Shown in pieces: positions 7,204-15,813 of a stretch of 64,000 nt of DNA (the stretch's first letter is position 1; each line of letters starts with the position of its first letter). This DNA comes from a virus, in IMG/VR virus record IMGVR_UViG_3300000271_000010, positions 8,958 through 72,957 of that record. One strand, 5' to 3'. The translations under genes and the position numbers were made by a program. The notes under the pieces were generated by a model that searched no databases, was not told the origin of the DNA, and saw only the letters and a program-made list of their open reading frames with translations.

Positions 7204-8163
7204 TTAATTCCAGCCGAAGTTTTCGGCACAGATGGGTCCCATCGCCCGGTCGATGGATTCGTTACGGGTCAGCTTGCGGGCACAGATCGAGCAACGCCCT
7301 GTCCGTTGTCCGTAAGCTTTTGCGGCTGCTGCCGGGTCCGTCGCAACAGCGATGATCCGCTCCTGTTCATCGGCAGTCGTATTGAACGCCCGCACGAATC
7401 GTCCTTCGACGATCTTACCGAGATACCGGCGCTCGCCGGCGGCGTCTTTCTCGATCGTCTTGACGTAGATCGCGCCGGCGTTGGCACCGCTACGGACGGC
7501 CGAGAAAATGAAGGTATCAAGACGCAGCTTGGGATATTTGATACCATAGGTGATCGCCGAGGAAAATGCTTCTTCGATCTTGGTGAGCGAGTCACCTGTA
7601 ATGTCCGGGGCTCGCTCGGCGATCTGGCGGCGTTCTTCTTCGCGGGCGGCGTCTTGCGCCATGCAGCGACGAACGGCGGCAAGCTGGCGCTCGGTGAGGA
7701 AGCCATACTTCAAGACTGTCTGGGTCATCTCGAACGCGAATCCGAAACCACGCTTGGTGGCTTCCACCATCCACTGGGTTTCCGGCGCGTGGTCATCGAA
7801 CCACATTGCAGCCTTCTCGGCTGTCTCCTTAGCCTTACGCTCAGCCGCTGTGGCGCGCTGCTCAGCGGCCTTGGCGCGCTCCTCGGGTGAGGTCTTGAAG
7901 GTGACCTTGCCGGTCCCCTTGCAGTTAAAGCAGTTGCCCAGCACCCGACCGGTGTAGCCAAGGAAGAGCCCAGAGCCCAAACACTTGGGGCAAGTCTCCT
8001 CGTAGACGAGGCCACCTACCTTGGTTTCCTGACGGGCCTGTGAAAGGTGGTTGAACACGAAATCAGCATCGACCGACGGCTTGGGTTCGAACGCGCCAAA
8101 CAGGTCGGTGAGATCGTCGTCGAGACGTTCTTCGTGGTCAGGTTTCTTACAGATGCTGCACAT
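7204..8163 (-). CDS. DnaJ-type Zn-finger plus DUF6011-like protein
   Basis: CPKCLGSG...CFNCKGTG repeats; C-terminal CSICARKLT...SIDRAMGPICA. Confidence 0.75.
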   Translation of the reverse strand: MCSICKKPDHEERLDDDLTDLFGAFEPKPSVDADFVFNHLSQARQETKVGGLVYEETCPKCLGSGLFLGYTGRVLGNCFNCKGTGKVTFKTSPEERAKAAEQRATAAERKAKETAEKAAMWFDDHAPETQWMVEATKRGFGFAFEMTQTVLKYGFLTERQLAAVRRCMAQDAAREEERRQIAERAPDITGDSLTKIEEAFSSAITYGIKYPKLRLDTFIFSAVRSGANAGAIYVKTIEKDAAGERRYLGKIVEGRFVRAFNTTADEQERIIAVATDPAAAAKAYGQRTGRCSICARKLTRNESIDRAMGPICAENFGWN

Positions 8164-8172
8164 GGTGTGTCT

Positions 8173-8224
8173 CCGATTCGTTGTCTATGCGAATCGGTTT
8201 AGACACACCAAGTGCATTGGTCAA
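8173..8224 (-). promoter_or_regulatory. Promoter lacking the box but with leader hairpin
   Basis: TTGACC-16 nt-CTAAAC; CCGATTCG/CGAATCGG inverted repeat overlapping SD GGAG. Confidence 0.65.
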
Positions 8225-8261
8225 CTACTTTTTCCATGAGTCGGCGAAGCCGACTCATTCA

Positions 8262-9125
8262 TCAGTTTTTCCACTTAGAGTTTTTGCGATCCACCGCGTA
8301 GCTGGTGTTCATGATCCCAAGCTCGGGGTTGCCCCGATAGTGTGGTGGCACCAGAACGACCGAAACATTCTTGTAGCGTGGGTGAACGAGGAAACGCATG
8401 TGCGCGCGGACGAAGTGCAAGCACCGCTCGGGGCCGTCGCCTTGGCCTTGTGTGATTTTGATGTCGTGCTTGTCGATGTTCAGACGCACTTCATGGTGTG
8501 GGTGGTAGGGATACTTCCCACGCTTGAGCCGACGGGCATTGAGCCGGCCGAGATCGACTTCGCGCGTTCGGATCAGTTTAGGGGAGTTCATAAACGCCAG
8601 AAGGGAAAGCAACAGAGGCTTAACCACATTCATGAAAGGAATCATTTGCGCTTGGTGTAATAAGGGGTCAGAAGCAACTGTAACACTTGGTTCAATCAGA
8701 TTGAACATTTCCCTCGTCACCATATCAACACCCATGCGCTCTGCTCGAATCCGGGCGACGTGGTGAAGGTCACAGAATTGCATGTGGTAGTTTTCCAGAT
8801 TCACCGATATAGGTATGTAAGCTATTTCATCGCCATTTTTCCAATCGATGATAATCAGAGCGTGTCCAGATACAACACTTCTGTTGTCCCCATGGAAATA
8901 GACGCCGAAATCTGCACCAGAGAATCCAAACTCCATCCAAGTATCAAAGTCAGGCCAGCAGGTATATTTAGATATTTCCCGCATCTTCTTTTCGCTAGCG
9001 GTTTTGAGTAGGTCCGATGCCGCTGAAACAACGTCTGTATGGATCACAACTTTGCGCGATCCTTCCATCAGTTTTATCAAAAGACCATCGTCCTTTGTCA
9101 TTTCGGTTAGGCGGTCAGCAAACAT
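8262..9125 (-). CDS. Hypothetical protein (287 aa)
   Basis: SD AGGAGA; C-terminal HFVRAHMR...PPHYRG motif; visibly more AT-rich than flanks. Confidence 0.75.
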   Translation of the reverse strand: MFADRLTEMTKDDGLLIKLMEGSRKVVIHTDVVSAASDLLKTASEKKMREISKYTCWPDFDTWMEFGFSGADFGVYFHGDNRSVVSGHALIIIDWKNGDEIAYIPISVNLENYHMQFCDLHHVARIRAERMGVDMVTREMFNLIEPSVTVASDPLLHQAQMIPFMNVVKPLLLSLLAFMNSPKLIRTREVDLGRLNARRLKRGKYPYHPHHEVRLNIDKHDIKITQGQGDGPERCLHFVRAHMRFLVHPRYKNVSVVLVPPHYRGNPELGIMNTSYAVDRKNSKWKN

Positions 9126-9160
9126 CGTCAGTCTCCTATAAAATGTGATTCCATAAGAGT

Positions 9161-9189
9161 GGTCTACAAAATCATAATTCGTTGGTCAA
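9161..9189 (-). promoter_or_regulatory. Unboxed promoter
   Basis: TTGACC-17 nt-TAGACC upstream of 9125. Confidence 0.5.
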
Positions 9190-9446
9190 CCAGTTATTCC
9201 ACTTAAAGATGACCCGGCCGTTTTGATGTTCCGAAGTATCCGTCGGAAGCGGGATCGGCCATTTTTAAGAGCGCGGCCGGCTGTCTGGCCTGAGGATGGA
9301 AAGTGGAATGTGCCCTCCGTTCCGAATGCCTCGAATGTGATCGTGCAATGAGAAGCACCGTCTCTACCTCGGCCTATAATACGACCACCCACGAGTTTTA
9401 GCTCGTGGGTGATCATCTTCTCATATTCTCGTTCGCGGTGGTTCAT
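9186..9446 (-). CDS. Small basic protein, possibly HicA-like fold
   Basis: SHCTITF...FPSSG...RALKNGRSRFRR pattern; follows nadV stop. Confidence 0.45.
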   Translation of the reverse strand: MNHREREYEKMITHELKLVGGRIIGRGRDGASHCTITFEAFGTEGTFHFPSSGQTAGRALKNGRSRFRRILRNIKTAGSSLSGITG

Positions 9447-9450
9447 TGTA

Positions 9451-10920
9451 TCAGGCTTGATACACTGAACGCCACTTGGCGGCATTCTCTCGCACGGTCG
9501 GCCATTTCTGGAAGTTGCTGAGCGCTCCGTCTTCGTAGACAGTGCTGAGGTAGTTCACCTCACCGATCGCCAGTTCCTGTTCCAGAATGGTTTGGAGTTT
9601 GCCGTCGCCACCCCGTGCAACAACCGCAAATCTCCCTGCCTTCGAGGCCTTGGTGGGGTCCGTAGCAACTTCCTTGCGAACGTCGCGCGGCATCCCATCG
9701 ATGACCACGTAAGAGGTCTTCATCGCAAATCGGTGAGTGTCCCGCTCAGCTTCGTGGACCAACAGTCCTCCTCCCGAACCGAAGACCAGATTGTCCACTG
9801 ACCACTTGTGGTAGGTCACACGCTGGAGGATGCGGCGCAAGCTGTCCTCGTTGATCCCGTCGCCCTGAATGAGGCGCACATAATCAGGCAGGACCCGATA
9901 GCCCTTCTCGTTCACCGTCCAGCCAACGAGACTGCCGATCAGGTCGAGACAGTGGAGAACGTTGATGATCGGGTCGCCCGAGTCAGGACGCTGCACCAAA
10001 CGCATGGTGGTCTGACGTAGCCGATCGAGCAAACCGCCTTCCGATTCAGGTGTCAGCCACTTCCGGATTGCTTCATCCTGATCGTAGGTGTCGATCACCA
10101 CCGACACAGGATAGCGGCTGCCATCCGGCATCGTCTTATTGCCGTGTTCTTCCAGAATGTGTTCGAAGAACGCCTTTTCGTTCTCAGGTCCCCACGACGT
10201 GGTAACGGAGTGTTCGGTTGCCGGGATCGAATAACCGGGCATACCCTTCCACATATAGGCGTGCTTGGCGAACCGGATTCCCATCAGGTTATCGGTCACC
10301 TGAAAGTTCACGAGGTGTGCCATCCCGCCGATCGCAGCCGATTCGGTAGACGAAGCGCCACGAGCGCCGAAATCGACCATCAGCCAGTCAGCCAGTTCAG
10401 GTGTTCCGCTCTCGACCAGATAACGCTCCAGCAAGTTGTGCCAGCGCATCGACCGGGTTGCAATCGTCGTCGGATACCAAACAGCCCGGAGCAGCAAGGT
10501 CTCAACGTAAGCCGCTATCCCAGCACACTTTGGATCGGTCGATTCGACAGTTACCAGAACGGTTCCCTGATCAACCACAGTTCCTTCGGGCACTGCCTTG
10601 ACCCGGACCGGCAAGTAGCCATCGTGGTTCCAGACGATCCATTCCCAGATTGCCCGATTGAAGGGAATACCGTGGGCGGTCAGTTCCTCTTCGGCCTCAT
10701 CGATCATCTCAGTCGTTACCCGCTGCGAAAGATAGTAACGAAGAGCATATTGCAGACCGAAAAATTGGACGAAAGTGAATTGACCACCCTTACGGGCTTC
10801 GATGTAGCCGTAGCCGTTCTCGAACTTCGGGTGTTCGAAAGTCCAGTGAGTCGCCTTATAGGTGTCGGCGTTGAGGATCGGCTGGTTAAGCAGTTCCCCA
10901 ATGTTATTGATGAAATCCAT
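9451..10920 (-). CDS. nadV: Nicotinamide phosphoribosyltransferase (Nampt)
   Basis: NADTYKATH, DFGARG, PATEHS, VVIDTYD, RPDSGDP, IQGDG, FGSGGGL, FAMK motifs; ATG after GGAG. Confidence 0.95.
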   Translation of the reverse strand: MDFINNIGELLNQPILNADTYKATHWTFEHPKFENGYGYIEARKGGQFTFVQFFGLQYALRYYLSQRVTTEMIDEAEEELTAHGIPFNRAIWEWIVWNHDGYLPVRVKAVPEGTVVDQGTVLVTVESTDPKCAGIAAYVETLLLRAVWYPTTIATRSMRWHNLLERYLVESGTPELADWLMVDFGARGASSTESAAIGGMAHLVNFQVTDNLMGIRFAKHAYMWKGMPGYSIPATEHSVTTSWGPENEKAFFEHILEEHGNKTMPDGSRYPVSVVIDTYDQDEAIRKWLTPESEGGLLDRLRQTTMRLVQRPDSGDPIINVLHCLDLIGSLVGWTVNEKGYRVLPDYVRLIQGDGINEDSLRRILQRVTYHKWSVDNLVFGSGGGLLVHEAERDTHRFAMKTSYVVIDGMPRDVRKEVATDPTKASKAGRFAVVARGGDGKLQTILEQELAIGEVNYLSTVYEDGALSNFQKWPTVRENAAKWRSVYQA

Positions 10921-10930
10921 GTTAATCTCC

Positions 10931-12016
10931 TCAGAGGACCGAGTTGAAACGAGTCGCGAAGTGATCGACGACATTGAAGTGATCTTCGAACATCATCTCG
11001 CGGGTGACTTCATCGATCGGCCACCAGCGAGCGACGCTGGCATCGTCCTGACCCTGCACGAAGGGCAGATTAGTGCCCAGCGAGGTGAGGTCGAAGCCAT
11101 AGGCGACCGAGATCGTCCGCTTGCGGGTCGAGCGCCACGGATTGTCCAGCAACTTCTCGCCCTTACAAGCGAGGGCGAGGATCGCAATATGCACGTCGAT
11201 GTCGGTCTCTTCGACCAGTTCCCGAATCGCTGCCTGTTCGAAGGTTTCATCGATCCCGACATGCCCGCCGGGAAGAGCCCACAGGCCCTCGCCGGGCATC
11301 TGGCCGCGCCGCACCAGCAAGACGTGCCCGCCCATGATCACACAGGCATCAGCGGCCGTGAAATAGCGCGGATAGGGCGACTGCGAAAACTGGGCGAGGT
11401 AATCTTCCATGAAGTGGTATTCCCGGCGCATCTGATTGAAGCGCTCGGTGCTGACCCATTCTCGAAGGAAGCTGAAAGTCCCGCGAGGGAAGATCGTCTC
11501 GCCGGTCTGCTGCTGGAACCGGACAAGCATTTCGACCGCGTTATCTTCTTCGGGGATGTCGTAGAGAATCTTCCGAAGCTTTGTGGCGTCCAATGTCCCG
11601 TGAAGTTCTGGGCTGACAGGCGTCACATTGATCGAGCCCCACTGAGGGAACAAGGTCAGGTAGTAGGACGACCCGTCTTTCGAATAGCCGATCAACGCGA
11701 TGTCCGGATCAGGAATCGAGATCGCTTTGGCCTGATCGGTGACGCACTTCTGGACGGCGGCCACCCAGCGGTTGTCGTTCTCCTGATCTGGGATTCCGAG
11801 GATGAACACACGATCCTGCTCGGTGGGAGTCAGGCTGGCCCGGATCATTTCACGCACCTCTTCGAAGGTGAAGGGGTTGCGAAAATTGATAGGCTCGCCG
11901 ACCGATCCGACAATGATGAACAGGTATTGAGCCTTATGGAGGGCCTGCTTTACCACAGTCATGTGGCCGGCGTGGAATGGGCGCATACGCCCGGCGAAAA
12001 CGCAGATGTCATACAT
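10931..12016 (-). CDS. nadM: Bifunctional NMN adenylyltransferase / Nudix (ADP-ribose) hydrolase
   Basis: GRMRPFHAGH (HxGH), GIPDQENDNRW, Nudix box PGGHVGIDETFEQAAIRELVEET; SD AGGAGA. Confidence 0.93.
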   Translation of the reverse strand: MYDICVFAGRMRPFHAGHMTVVKQALHKAQYLFIIVGSVGEPINFRNPFTFEEVREMIRASLTPTEQDRVFILGIPDQENDNRWVAAVQKCVTDQAKAISIPDPDIALIGYSKDGSSYYLTLFPQWGSINVTPVSPELHGTLDATKLRKILYDIPEEDNAVEMLVRFQQQTGETIFPRGTFSFLREWVSTERFNQMRREYHFMEDYLAQFSQSPYPRYFTAADACVIMGGHVLLVRRGQMPGEGLWALPGGHVGIDETFEQAAIRELVEETDIDVHIAILALACKGEKLLDNPWRSTRKRTISVAYGFDLTSLGTNLPFVQGQDDASVARWWPIDEVTREMMFEDHFNVVDHFATRFNSVL

Positions 12017-12030
12017 AGTTGTGTCTCCTG

Positions 12031-12285
12031 TTAAATGCCGTAGCCCTGAGCGAAGAGTATGGATACCTGACCCACATCCGACCACTCAACATCCGTCATG
12101 CTTTTGATGCCGCGACGCTGGTGATTCCAGAGGAACTGCGCCGTCTCCATATCAGGAGCTACGACAAATTCCTCGCGTCGGTCGCGGGTGGTGTGTGAAT
12201 ATTCACTATCCATCCCGCCGCAGGTATCGACACGATGGTGATGATCATCAACGTATGATACGCGGAAGATGTGGGGGTGTATCAT
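12031..12285 (-). CDS. Hypothetical protein
   Basis: SD GAGGAG; tiles operon. Confidence 0.65.
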   Translation of the reverse strand: MIHPHIFRVSYVDDHHHRVDTCGGMDSEYSHTTRDRREEFVVAPDMETAQFLWNHQRRGIKSMTDVEWSDVGQVSILFAQGYGI

Positions 12286-12294
12286 AACTGCTCC

Positions 12295-12696
12295 TCAATC
12301 GGTGGGCATGATGTTGATGTGGATGTCGAAGAACTCCAGCTTTGCAGCCAGTGATCGAAGGGCAGCCCGTGCCTCTTTGATCATCGCCAGTTCTTCCGGC
12401 ATGTGGATTTGGTAGTGATAGACCCACGAGGAGTTTTCCACCGACAGGCGCAGGATCATCCGCTCCAGATCGGTGAAGGGATCGCTCAGGCAGTTCGCAT
12501 AGGCATATTCGAACATACCCTCACAACAGGTGTGGATAGCCGCCGGCTGGTAACCTGCTTGAAGCAGGACGAACAGCGGGTCCGACGGATCGTCCACATC
12601 GTCCCGGAAGGCGTGGTCTCCGATCTGAGCAAAACCCCACATCAGCGCCTCGGCTTCCTTGTCTGTGATCGGGACGCGAGTGATGGTTTGGGTCAT
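12295..12696 (-). CDS. Hypothetical protein
   Basis: ATGA overlap; tiles operon. Confidence 0.7.
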   Translation of the reverse strand: MTQTITRVPITDKEAEALMWGFAQIGDHAFRDDVDDPSDPLFVLLQAGYQPAAIHTCCEGMFEYAYANCLSDPFTDLERMILRLSVENSSWVYHYQIHMPEELAMIKEARAALRSLAAKLEFFDIHINIMPTD

Positions 12697-13010
12697 GCGA
12701 TGATTTCCTGTGTGACGCTTCCCAGAAAGTCTTGCATATAAGCACAGACGTTCCAGCTTGCATGGCTGGTCTCGGAGTTGAGATAGTGGTTGGAATAGAC
12801 CTGCTCGACGGTGCCCCAGTAGCCTGTCGTAGCGATCTCTTCATCGGTCGTCGGGAGCCCGTCGATCCAGTTCTGCAAATCCCACTTGGGGTTTTCACTC
12901 AGGGTATCCGGATCGTCCATGACTTCGGCACGGAACTTTCCATCCTCGCGACGCCAGAGGCGGAATCCGCCCAGCGGGTGATCCTTGCTCGCGATGAGTT
13001 CGATGTTCAT
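12693..13010 (-). CDS. Hypothetical protein
   Basis: ATGA overlap; tiles operon. Confidence 0.7.
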   Translation of the reverse strand: MNIELIASKDHPLGGFRLWRREDGKFRAEVMDDPDTLSENPKWDLQNWIDGLPTTDEEIATTGYWGTVEQVYSNHYLNSETSHASWNVCAYMQDFLGSVTQEIIA

Positions 13011-13363
13011 GATGCTTTGCTCCGGACAAGCGGATGGACATATGCCTCTTCCGCGTGATGTTGATAAAAGAGGATTGGATGGGCGAACGTGTCGTCGCGG
13101 CGACCGACTGTCTGGCGAGCAGCTTCACCTTCTCCGATAGCATTCCAAGCCGAGACGCAGCCGTTTGCCATGACCGATAGCGCACCGGCGCAGAAAGCGG
13201 TTTCGTCGCTCTCAGGTCCGAAGTCCCGGCAGTGACAGGCAGGCACCTCGTTGTTCAGAACCGCATCGGTGTAGAACTCCGGGGTGAAACCACCGAGCCA
13301 ACCTGCGGGCGCTTCTTTCCGCCACGGACATTCGTTGCATGGTTTCGTGTGGTGCAGCTTCAT
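13007..13363 (-). CDS. Cys-rich DUF6283-like protein
   Basis: KPCNECPWRK...ACH...CAGAL motif. Confidence 0.65.
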   Translation of the reverse strand: MKLHHTKPCNECPWRKEAPAGWLGGFTPEFYTDAVLNNEVPACHCRDFGPESDETAFCAGALSVMANGCVSAWNAIGEGEAARQTVGRRDDTFAHPILFYQHHAEEAYVHPLVRSKAS

Positions 13364-13566
13364 GGAAGAAGGTCCAACGTTCGCGGCGAGTCAGCCGGGC
13401 GCGCAAACTGTCGGGTGACTTGTCCGTCTTCCACAAACTGCCCGTAGAGGACGCCGGGAGCAGCCCGGTTCATCGCATAGGCCGACAAGGCGCGAGTCCG
13501 GTCGCCGTATGTGACCGTGCTTGCCCCGACGAGGGTGACTTCGGTGACTTGATACTGGCCCATCAT
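13360..13566 (-). CDS. Hypothetical protein
   Basis: ATGA overlaps both sides. Confidence 0.6.
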   Translation of the reverse strand: MMGQYQVTEVTLVGASTVTYGDRTRALSAYAMNRAAPGVLYGQFVEDGQVTRQFARPADSPRTLDLLP

Positions 13567-13889
13567 TTGACCCCTTTAAGGCCGAGAAGATTGATCTCTT
13601 CCTCGGTGAGTTTTGCAAGAGCCGCAGTTTTCTTAGCAGCCTTCGCTCTGATCAGGTCGATACCCATGCCAACCGGATATGGCGTCGTTCGATCAAGCAG
13701 ATAGAGGTGTTCGCCGTTCACCCATATAGCCGTCCGTTCTGCGACGTTACCATCGCTTCCATAGAAGCCACGCTTTCTGGCGGCTTCTTTAGCCAGCCCC
13801 TCGGCTGGGTAGACCCCGATGAGTTCACTATCCCGACCGCGATCGTCGTCGCTTGTGTGGGCGGTCCAGACTTTGATGACATCTATCAT
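13563..13889 (-). CDS. Hypothetical protein
   Basis: ATGA overlaps both sides. Confidence 0.65.
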   Translation of the reverse strand: MIDVIKVWTAHTSDDDRGRDSELIGVYPAEGLAKEAARKRGFYGSDGNVAERTAIWVNGEHLYLLDRTTPYPVGMGIDLIRAKAAKKTAALAKLTEEEINLLGLKGVK

Positions 13890-14236
13890 GCCCGGATCAT
13901 CCCGCAAGAGCGTGCCTCATCGGCATATTCAGCGATCGTCTTCTTCGCCTTGAAGTGAGCGTCGCGCTCGACCTTGAGACCGAAGCGGCCACGGACGGTC
14001 CGGAGTTCATCGAGGCTGACGTAGCCGAGTTCCGGCGAACCGTGACCGACATCGCACAGGCCGAAGAGCGTGTCGTCATCGTCCGCGATCTCGGTGATGA
14101 GCCACGTCGCGCCACCACCCGGCATGAAGAACTTCACGACAGGTTCGAAGTCAGAGCCGTCGGCACCGGTAGCGGACTTGCTGCCATTCGCTTTGAGCTT
14201 GGTCATCTGCTCGGCGAGGATGAGTTTCTGGGCCAT
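13886..14236 (-). CDS. DUF2958-family protein
   Basis: VVKFFMPGGGATWLITE...LFGLCDVGHGSPELGYVSLDEL...VERDAHF signature. Confidence 0.88.
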   Translation of the reverse strand: MAQKLILAEQMTKLKANGSKSATGADGSDFEPVVKFFMPGGGATWLITEIADDDDTLFGLCDVGHGSPELGYVSLDELRTVRGRFGLKVERDAHFKAKKTIAEYADEARSCGMIRA

Positions 14237-14436
14237 CAGTAAATCTCCTGCATCGGGACATAGCTTGCCGGATCGGCTACTTCCTCGGCCTGAAACATAC
14301 GCCCGGCTTCGAAAGCCGTCGTCATAAGCAGTATGAGCGCGTCATTTGCCTGTGCGATCACCCCATCCATGGGTTCGATCATATCAGGGCGATTCGCATG
14401 AACCCATTTGCGGATGGCTTGGACGTTGCGTGGCAT
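14236..14436 (-). CDS. Hypothetical protein (66 aa)
   Basis: SD AGGAGA; first gene after cassette. Confidence 0.7.
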   Translation of the reverse strand: MPRNVQAIRKWVHANRPDMIEPMDGVIAQANDALILLMTTAFEAGRMFQAEEVADPASYVPMQEIY

Positions 14437-14468
14437 GTGTTTGTCTCCTGTGTTGTTGCTGTGCGAAT

Positions 14469-14497
14469 CAGTTAGGACAAATCTTCCTACTCGTCAA
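14469..14497 (-). promoter_or_regulatory. Repeated boxed promoter cassette
   Basis: TTGACG-AGTA-GGAAGATTTGTCC-TAACT; overlaps stop of upstream gene. Confidence 0.85.
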
Positions 14498-14936
14498 CCG
14501 ATTCCTTTTCGTCCGGTTTGCCCCATTTCGCCCGGTAGGTGGCTACGGCATTGCCGTAGGCTTTCTGTCCCTTTTTGTAGGGTAGAATACCTAACACAAG
14601 GAGCGTCAAACCGACGCCGGCCATCATCGCCAAACGGCGTAAAACAAACTCTTCCGGCGGGAAGGCGAACAGAAAAAAGATCGGCGCGAGGGTGAACAGA
14701 CCACCAACCATCCAGAACAATGCGGTGAGTGCTTGATAGCCGCCCCCTGCGTTGTTGAGATCGGAGACCTCATAGCGGAAGCTGTTGGAATCGCACCAAC
14801 CATTGACGTAGATCGTCCACGATTCTTTGGTGTCGGGAACGACGCCCTCACCAACTAGACGAGAAAAGCCCGCCTGCATCCCAGACAGTGTTGCTGCTAG
14901 GCGGCGCTCACGTTCTTCTTCAACCCAGTTAGCCAT
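14487..14936 (-). CDS. Membrane protein (2 TM)
   Basis: ALFWMVGGLFTLAPIFFLFAF and LAMMAGVGLTLLVLGIL. Confidence 0.7.
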   Translation of the reverse strand: MANWVEEERERRLAATLSGMQAGFSRLVGEGVVPDTKESWTIYVNGWCDSNSFRYEVSDLNNAGGGYQALTALFWMVGGLFTLAPIFFLFAFPPEEFVLRRLAMMAGVGLTLLVLGILPYKKGQKAYGNAVATYRAKWGKPDEKESVDE

Positions 14937-15347
14937 TTAGCCCTCCATCTCTTCCGGAAGATCATCCATGACAGCCGCGTGGTCCGGGTAGTCTGCTCCA
15001 TCCGGTAGTTCGATCACGATCGGTTCCAGATCACAGAGTTCGTCGAGACTTTCCTGCAAGCTGTCGATCCATGAACGCGCTGCTTGGCCGCGATCACCTT
15101 CCTGCCAACGTTCCGACTTGTCATCGAACTCGTTTTCGCGCTCGGAGATGATGTCTTCGATGAAGCCGTGAGCTTCTTGCACCATCTCATTGTAACGGGT
15201 GTGGGCTGCGTTGATGGCCTCGACCGCGTTCTCGATGGCGCGGCACTCAGCGTCCACCTCCTCTTCGAGAAGTCCCTTAGCTTCGATAAGCTGATCACGA
15301 AGATAATCGCGACGGTTCTCTTCGGCGCGTGTCAGTCTGAATGCCAT
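14937..15347 (-). CDS. Acidic helical hypothetical protein
   Basis: SD AGGAGA; first gene after cassette. Confidence 0.75.
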   Translation of the reverse strand: MAFRLTRAEENRRDYLRDQLIEAKGLLEEEVDAECRAIENAVEAINAAHTRYNEMVQEAHGFIEDIISERENEFDDKSERWQEGDRGQAARSWIDSLQESLDELCDLEPIVIELPDGADYPDHAAVMDDLPEEMEG

Positions 15348-15377
15348 GTGGTTGTCTCCTGTGTTGTTGTTGATCAG

Positions 15378-15406
15378 CGAGTAGGACGATTCTTCCTATT
15401 CGTCAA
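15378..15406 (-). promoter_or_regulatory. Repeated boxed promoter cassette
   Basis: TTGACG-AATA-GGAAGAATCGTCC-TACTC; TGA stop of upstream gene lies inside TTGACG. Confidence 0.85.
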
Positions 15407-15813
15407 GCAAAAAGATTCAGCCCTTCAAGCGCCAGCTTGCACCGGCTCTTGCGGCCAAAGACATAGGAGCATGTGTCGATCGGGAGCGTCTTGATGACAT
15501 GACCGTCACGGATCGGGTAGGTCGGATCATGGACAACCCCGGTCGTCAGGCCAAGACCGGTGGCGATCGCCGTGCGGCTCAGCATCTGCATGTGCGTGCA
15601 GCCCAGCACAATGCAGATTCCGAAACCGTATGCTTCCCCATACCACTCTGAGAAGTGCTTCCCGAAGCCGTCCGGGTCTTTATCAGCCCGGTGGACCGCG
15701 TTACCAATGAACTGGGTGCCAGCGTGGTTGGATTGCGCCATCGCCTTACCCGGCACATAATCAGGCACATCAGTTCGCATCAGAACGTAGAGGATCATCG
15801 GGTCATCGGTCAT
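15403..15813 (-). CDS. Peptidyl-tRNA hydrolase Pth2-like protein
   Basis: LYVLMRTD...PGKAMAQSNHA, GICIVL, VVHDPT..., DTC..FG pattern of the PTH2 family. Confidence 0.65.
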   Translation of the reverse strand: MTDDPMILYVLMRTDVPDYVPGKAMAQSNHAGTQFIGNAVHRADKDPDGFGKHFSEWYGEAYGFGICIVLGCTHMQMLSRTAIATGLGLTTGVVHDPTYPIRDGHVIKTLPIDTCSYVFGRKSRCKLALEGLNLFA

